A DNA stretch of 22,670 nucleotides, the filler included, from an uncultured virus (IMG/VR IMGVR_UViG_2061766007_000649) (lineage: Duplodnaviria; Heunggongvirae; Uroviricota; Caudoviricetes; Crassvirales). It is 2 parts of one record of this genome, joined end to end, with 100 filler letters (N's around TTAATTAATTAA, not from the genome) between each part and the next. Parts side by side here need not be neighbours in the genome. Positions count along the whole stretch, not along the records: positions 1,283 to 22,670 come from IMGVR_UViG_2061766007_000649; 1 more part is not named here. One strand, 5' to 3'. Shown one piece after another: positions 19,098 to 22,670 of the stretch; the stretch's first letter is position 1, and every line of letters starts with the position of its first letter. The translations under genes and the position numbers were made by a program. Below the pieces are notes generated by a model. That model did no database searches. It had not been told where the DNA came from and worked only from the letters and a program-made list of their open reading frames with translations.

Positions 19098-19680
19098 TAC
19101 CAGAGGTGAGAATCGAACTCACACGGACATTGCTGTCCAGCAGATTTTCATACCACTATAGTTTTCACTACCAAAAGAGATACTTATGAAGCCTCGTCAT
19201 TCTATATCTCCACGAGTAAACTAATCGTTTCTGCCTACTCCATAGCAGAATTAATACTCTCCGAGATAAGCGAATGTCTTCTGTTTGATGGTCTGGACTT
19301 TATCTTAACCATATTGAAATCTGCACAGTAATTATCTCTTCTTAGCTACAATGATTAATGTGGTTTCAGCTCCACCGATTTGATAACATTTCAACTTAGG
19401 TTCCTCCTGTATAGTCTCTACACACTGTCTTTCAGTACCAACTCTAAACACACAGATTTACTGTGGTAAGGACTGATAACATTGGCTCGGTATTAGCATA
19501 TATTTAATCGTGCTGTTCATCTATACACCAAACAGGCAAACGGTGATGTGTAGTCTGTTTCCAAATGGGTATTTAACCTAGACTCTTATTAAATACTTAG
19601 CCTTCACCGAATTAGGGAGGTTCTACTATAATCTTTCAACTATAGCACTCAAATTTAATTAATTAAGTCTGCCGTGTCTA
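19098..19680 (-). tRNA. tRNA-Leu(UAA), intron-split (3' exon 19098-19148; 5' exon from 19665 into the N gap)
   Basis: Joining the exons gives GCAGA-CTT^AAAA-TCTGC; variable arm GGACA-GCAA-TGTCC; T arm GTGAG-TTCGATT-CTCAC; D-arm remnant TAGACACG. Confidence 0.88.
19149..19664 (-). ncRNA. Group I self-splicing intron (trnL-UAA/IC3-like), 516 nt, no ORF
   Basis: P AATTCGGTGAAG (19602-19613), Q AATACCGAGC (19485-19494), R GTGTAGAGACTATA (19410-19423), S AAGATAAAGTCC (19295-19306); P1 ACUU/GAGU with U.G at the splice site; P2 GAAA loop; terminal omega-G. Confidence 0.9.
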
Positions 19681-19767
19681 NNNNNNNNNNNNNNNNNNNN
19701 NNNNNNNNNNNNNNNNNNNNNNNNNNNNNNNNNNNNNNNNNNNNNNNNNNNNNNNNNNNNNNNNNNN

Positions 19768-20102
19768 GGTTGAGACGCTTTTAAAATACTTATCCAATAA
19801 TTTGAGATAATAAGTATTATAATCATTTTCTGCTCTTGCAGTAGCTAGCTTAATACCAGTAAGAAGGTTAAACTTATCATCTGGTGCACACTTTGAAACT
19901 CCTGTAGNNNNNNNNNNNNNNNNNNNNNNNNNNNNNNNNNTATATCACAGGTTATCTGACTATTACTTACAATATAATGTGCATCTTTAGTATTAATAAA
20001 TACTTTCTCTACTTCTCCCCTATGCAAGTCAAACATTTCTTCAAAGGGAATATATGCTATACTTTGTATAGCAGAAAATAGTGATTTACATCTCCTCTTC
20101 AT
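19768..20102 (-). CDS. Hypothetical phage protein (stop masked)
   Basis: After the gap the frame reads TGVSKCAPDDKFNLLTGIKLATARAE, a C.P.D.F...G..LA..RA pattern I associate with small phage proteins. Confidence 0.6.
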
Positions 20103-20271
20103 TGTTGTTATTATTAATTATTTCATCAGAATCATCTTCCTGATACCCCATCTGAACGAATCCACCATTGTGAATCATCATAATGGTAGCAAATATTGCT
20201 ATACTACAGAGTACTCCAGTAAATGCAAATAATACCAGAGCAACACTAAGAATTTGTAATACTGTTTCCAT
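20086..20271 (-). CDS. Small predicted membrane protein
   Basis: About 30-aa hydrophobic N-terminus followed by an acidic tail. Confidence 0.6.
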   Translation of the reverse strand: METVLQILSVALVLFAFTGVLCSIAIFATIMMIHNGGFVQMGYQEDDSDEIINNNNNEEEM

Positions 20272-20334
20272 TGCCTCTTGTTTTTATTTCACTATTATTT
20301 GTTTTTTTTTGTTTTACAGAATCTTCAGCGCATC

Positions 20335-20505
20335 TCATTTTTGTTCCTCCTCTGATTTATTTTCCCAGGCAATTATTTCCCCATTCCTAACCATAGCAAA
20401 CTGAACTGAGCATTCTTCCTTGTCAAAACAGAATGACTCCTTCGGATTATTCTTCGGGCAAGTCAGGCAGTCCATCATTTTTGGTTTGCAGATTCTACAT
20501 CCCAT
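20335..20505 (-). CDS. Small Cys-rich protein (two CxxC motifs)
   Basis: MGCRICKPKMMDCLTCPKNNPKESFCFDKEEC...; an alternative start exists at 20544. Confidence 0.45.
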   Translation of the reverse strand: MGCRICKPKMMDCLTCPKNNPKESFCFDKEECSVQFAMVRNGEIIAWENKSEEEQK

Positions 20506-20816
20506 TTCTTGTCCTCCTTTTCTTCCGGTGTTATAACAAGACATAATTTTTCTTTTGGAACCATCGACATGATTTCATCAAAGGTCGGAGCTTCTTTTTT
20601 GCCGTTAGCTTCTTGAAGTAGAAGATCAGGATGAGCAAATTCATGTGTCCATACGGGCCTGCCAAGTAATGCTTCAACCGCTTCGTGGAAGACATCAAAT
20701 GGCATACACAATAGTTTCTGCTCAAGCTGGAAATATGCCCTATCGTTTAATGACATGTCTTCGTAGCACTTATTCTCTGCGAAAGAGATGGCCTGTTCTT
20801 TGGTTAATTGTTTCAT
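20475..20816 (-). CDS. Hypothetical phage protein
   Basis: Intact ORF containing LCMPFDVFHEAVEALLGRPVWTHEF. Confidence 0.75.
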   Translation of the reverse strand: MKQLTKEQAISFAENKCYEDMSLNDRAYFQLEQKLLCMPFDVFHEAVEALLGRPVWTHEFAHPDLLLQEANGKKEAPTFDEIMSMVPKEKLCLVITPEEKEDKKWDVESANQK

Positions 20817-20819
20817 GCT

Positions 20820-21122
20820 CTATTTGTTTTTCATTTCACGGAATCTGCGGAGGATTTCTTCGTAGAAGGGTTGCCCATAAGGGAACGGAAGGTCTTGTTC
20901 GATTAAATCATCGCCCCTTGCTGCGCTATTCTCCGCGTCAACTTGATAGAACAGGTCGTTGATGGTCTGGAGGTCTTCCCAGGTCAGCGCGAGGTCTTTC
21001 TCGGCTTGGATGTAACCTTGGATATACCCGTTCTTCCTATTGACCATTGATATTACTCGGTCAATTCCGGAACCCTTGTTGATGGGATATGCTTTGTCCG
21101 CTTTTTCTTCTGCTTTACTCAT
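20820..21122 (-). CDS. Hypothetical protein (GY.QAEKD family)
   Basis: MSKAEEKA...GYIQGYIQAEKDLALTWED. Confidence 0.75.
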   Translation of the reverse strand: MSKAEEKADKAYPINKGSGIDRVISMVNRKNGYIQGYIQAEKDLALTWEDLQTINDLFYQVDAENSAARGDDLIEQDLPFPYGQPFYEEILRRFREMKNK

Positions 21123-21241
21123 AATTCTTCCTCCATTATTTTCTTCTTATATTCTTCAAGATTCTTTAGAATCCANNNNNNNNNNNNNNNNNNNNNNNNN
21201 NNNNNNNTTTCGATTCTATCCCAGACATCTTTCTCGGCTTG
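20995..21241. repeat. 14-bp exact direct repeat tctttctcggcttg at 20995-21008 and 21228-21241
   Basis: Both copies encode QAEKD in adjacent paralogous ORFs. Confidence 0.8.
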
Positions 21242-21340
21242 CTCATAACCATCTATAAAGGAATAGAAGATTACACTTTGATAATCATTGTGCATATCCT
21301 TTATGTGTTCTTCAGCTTTTTGTTCTGCTCTCTTGCTCAT
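21119..21340 (-). CDS. Hypothetical protein (GY.QAEKD family)
   Basis: MSKRAEQKA...FIDGYEQAEKD. Confidence 0.7.
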   Translation of the reverse strand: MSKRAEQKAEEHIKDMHNDYQSVIFYSFIDGYEQAEKDVWDRIEXXXXXXXXXXXWILKNLEEYKKKIMEEEL

Positions 21341-21341
21341 A

Positions 21342-21536
21342 TTAGTCAGCTTTTAAAACACTACTTAACCCCCGAATCTTTCGTATTCTCATATTGATTA
21401 CATAACCTTCGTCGTAGCTGCCTTCTGGCTTGAATTTGATCTCGACATCATGGCCGTCAAGTTTCAGTGGGATCCATGCGGTGGTAAAATTCCGCTGCAC
21501 CTTATTTGCTCCTATTATAAGTTCGGCAAGTGTCAT
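21342..21536 (-). CDS. Hypothetical protein
   Basis: Intact 64-aa ORF abutting both neighbours. Confidence 0.65.
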   Translation of the reverse strand: MTLAELIIGANKVQRNFTTAWIPLKLDGHDVEIKFKPEGSYDEGYVINMRIRKIRGLSSVLKAD

Positions 21537-21891
21537 ATCTCGTATAGAAATGGTTTGTCTCTATCTTCTTTCCACATGGCCATTGAACTATCGGTTCCCG
21601 GCCCCCATTTCCCGAAGTCCCGGCTGTTTAACAATCCGTCGGCCTTGNNNNNNNNNNNNNNNNNNNNNNNNNNNNNNNNNNNNNNNNNNNNNGATTATGT
21701 TCCTTGCAGAACTGAACGACCTCGTTCACGATCTTGTGATGTAGCTCATCAAAGGCGGTGTGGAGTTCCGGATCGCGGTTGGTCTCGGATTCGAACACAT
21801 ACTCCCAATACTTCCGGGAGCCGACGAAATGTTCGGGCTTCCCGTCGTACACGGGAAACTGCTGAAGTAGTTTCTTGTCTTGTTCTGTCAT
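21533..21891 (-). CDS. Hypothetical protein
   Basis: Merged across a gap; ends KADGLLNSRDFGKWGPGTDSSMAMWKEDRDKPFLYEI* with an ATGA overlap. Confidence 0.65.
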
Positions 21892-21892
21892 A

Positions 21893-22111
21893 TCACATCT
21901 GATTTAGTTTGGAAATGAGTTTATCTATGCCAAGATTAATCCCGGCCCAAACATAAGTAGGCTTTTCTTTAAGCAATTTGGCCTTTTCTCTCTTCGCCCA
22001 CTCCAGTAGATAGTTCTTGCGGATGTATTCTACGGCATTCTCTGGTTGAAGGCCAAAATATACATGTGCTTTATTGTCGATTTCAATATAAATCTTATCT
22101 GGTTCTTTCNN
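21893..22111 (-). CDS. Hypothetical phage protein (P.KIY...EYIRK pattern); missing from the ORF track
   Basis: (M)KEPDKIYIEIDNKAHVYFGLQPENAVEYIRKNYLLEWAK...KLNQM*; start codon partly masked. Confidence 0.65.
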   Translation of the reverse strand, partial: XKEPDKIYIEIDNKAHVYFGLQPENAVEYIRKNYLLEWAKREKAKLLKEKPTYVWAGINLGIDKLISKLNQM

Positions 22112-22144
22112 NNNNNNNNNNNNNNNNNNNNNNNNNNNNNNNNN

Positions 22145-22333
22145 GCAATAACTATTGCTTCCATTGCTTGTCCGCCGCCACTAATCCCCCAACCTGGGAA
22201 ACCACTACCCAACAGAATAGCTTCTGCTGCTGACAGAACTCCCTCCTGTTCGAGTTGCCGAACAAGTTGCATTTCTTTGTCCCGAGCCAACTTTCGTAGC
22301 TCTCCGATTTCCTTGAATGTTTGTTTGATCTCT
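22145..22333 (-). CDS. Hypothetical protein (both ends masked)
   Basis: Open frame EIKQTFKEIGELRKLARDKEMQLVRQLEQEG... Confidence 0.5.
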
Positions 22334-22348
22334 NNNNNNNNNNNNNNN

Positions 22349-22670
22349 TTAAGTTCTCCTCTGGAATAACAATTAACTTCACTTTGTCATGAACCTTATA
22401 TGGAGAATCATCCGGCAAATCTTCAAGAACAGTGATAAACTTCCCTGTTCCATCGTCATATCCAATCACCTCGCCCTCCACCGCCTTCTCCATCATCTGC
22501 TCCTTCATCTTGTTCATCCCCGCAAGCATAGCGTGGTCTTCGGCGAGTTCGATGATTTCCTTGTCTTTTTCTGCCTGCCACTTGGCTCCGGTTTTAAAAC
22601 CTATCCGATGTGCTATATATTCACTATTCGGGAATGGAGTTGCGGAGTTATAAACAAATTCTTCTGATGA
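22349..22670 (-). CDS. Hypothetical protein, enters from beyond the window
   Basis: Open frame ...GFKTGAKWQAEKDKEIIELAEDHAMLAGMNKMKEQMMEKAVEGEV...DKVKLIVI. Confidence 0.65.

Noticed and set aside
19655..19666. Second TTAATTAATTAA as an assembly linker
   Set aside because: It is not flanked by Ns and fits the exon end (CTT) plus the AU-rich P1 loop of the intron, so it is probably natural.
19786..19819. Inverted repeat AATACTTAT...ATAAGTATT upstream of the tRNA cluster
   Set aside because: AT-rich and inside an open coding frame; could be chance, and no promoter could be assigned.
20302..20310. T9 homopolymer as a phase-variation tract
   Set aside because: Intergenic in AT-rich DNA, with no recognisable promoter elements around it.

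Overview
AT-rich phage DNA with every credible gene on the minus strand. Gene content and order resemble the replication and nucleotide-metabolism module of a crAss-like (Crassvirales-type, Bacteroidota-infecting) phage; this taxonomy is an inference, not a search result. In transcription order (high to low coordinates): a GC-richer block of small hypothetical ORFs; three tRNAs (Leu-UAA split by a 516-nt group I intron, Leu-UAG, Ile-UAU); IMPDH/GMP-reductase; SF2 helicase; DnaB helicase; AAA ATPase; SSB-like protein; primase; a contiguous ubiquitin-like conjugation cassette (Ubl precursor, E2-like, JAB peptidase, ThiF/E1, unknown coupled ORF); UNG; two PD-(D/E)XK nucleases; NrdD; dUTPase; a membrane-anchored aspartic protease; family A DNA polymerase. 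Many N gaps do not preserve reading frame, so several ORF-track entries are pieces of one gene and were merged by hand. The first 1.3 kb appears mis-ordered: an internal polA piece sits inside the protease gene, next to a six-frame-stop linker. The two strongest signals are the phage-encoded Ubl/E2/JAB/E1 cassette and the group I intron in the tRNA-Leu(UAA) anticodon.
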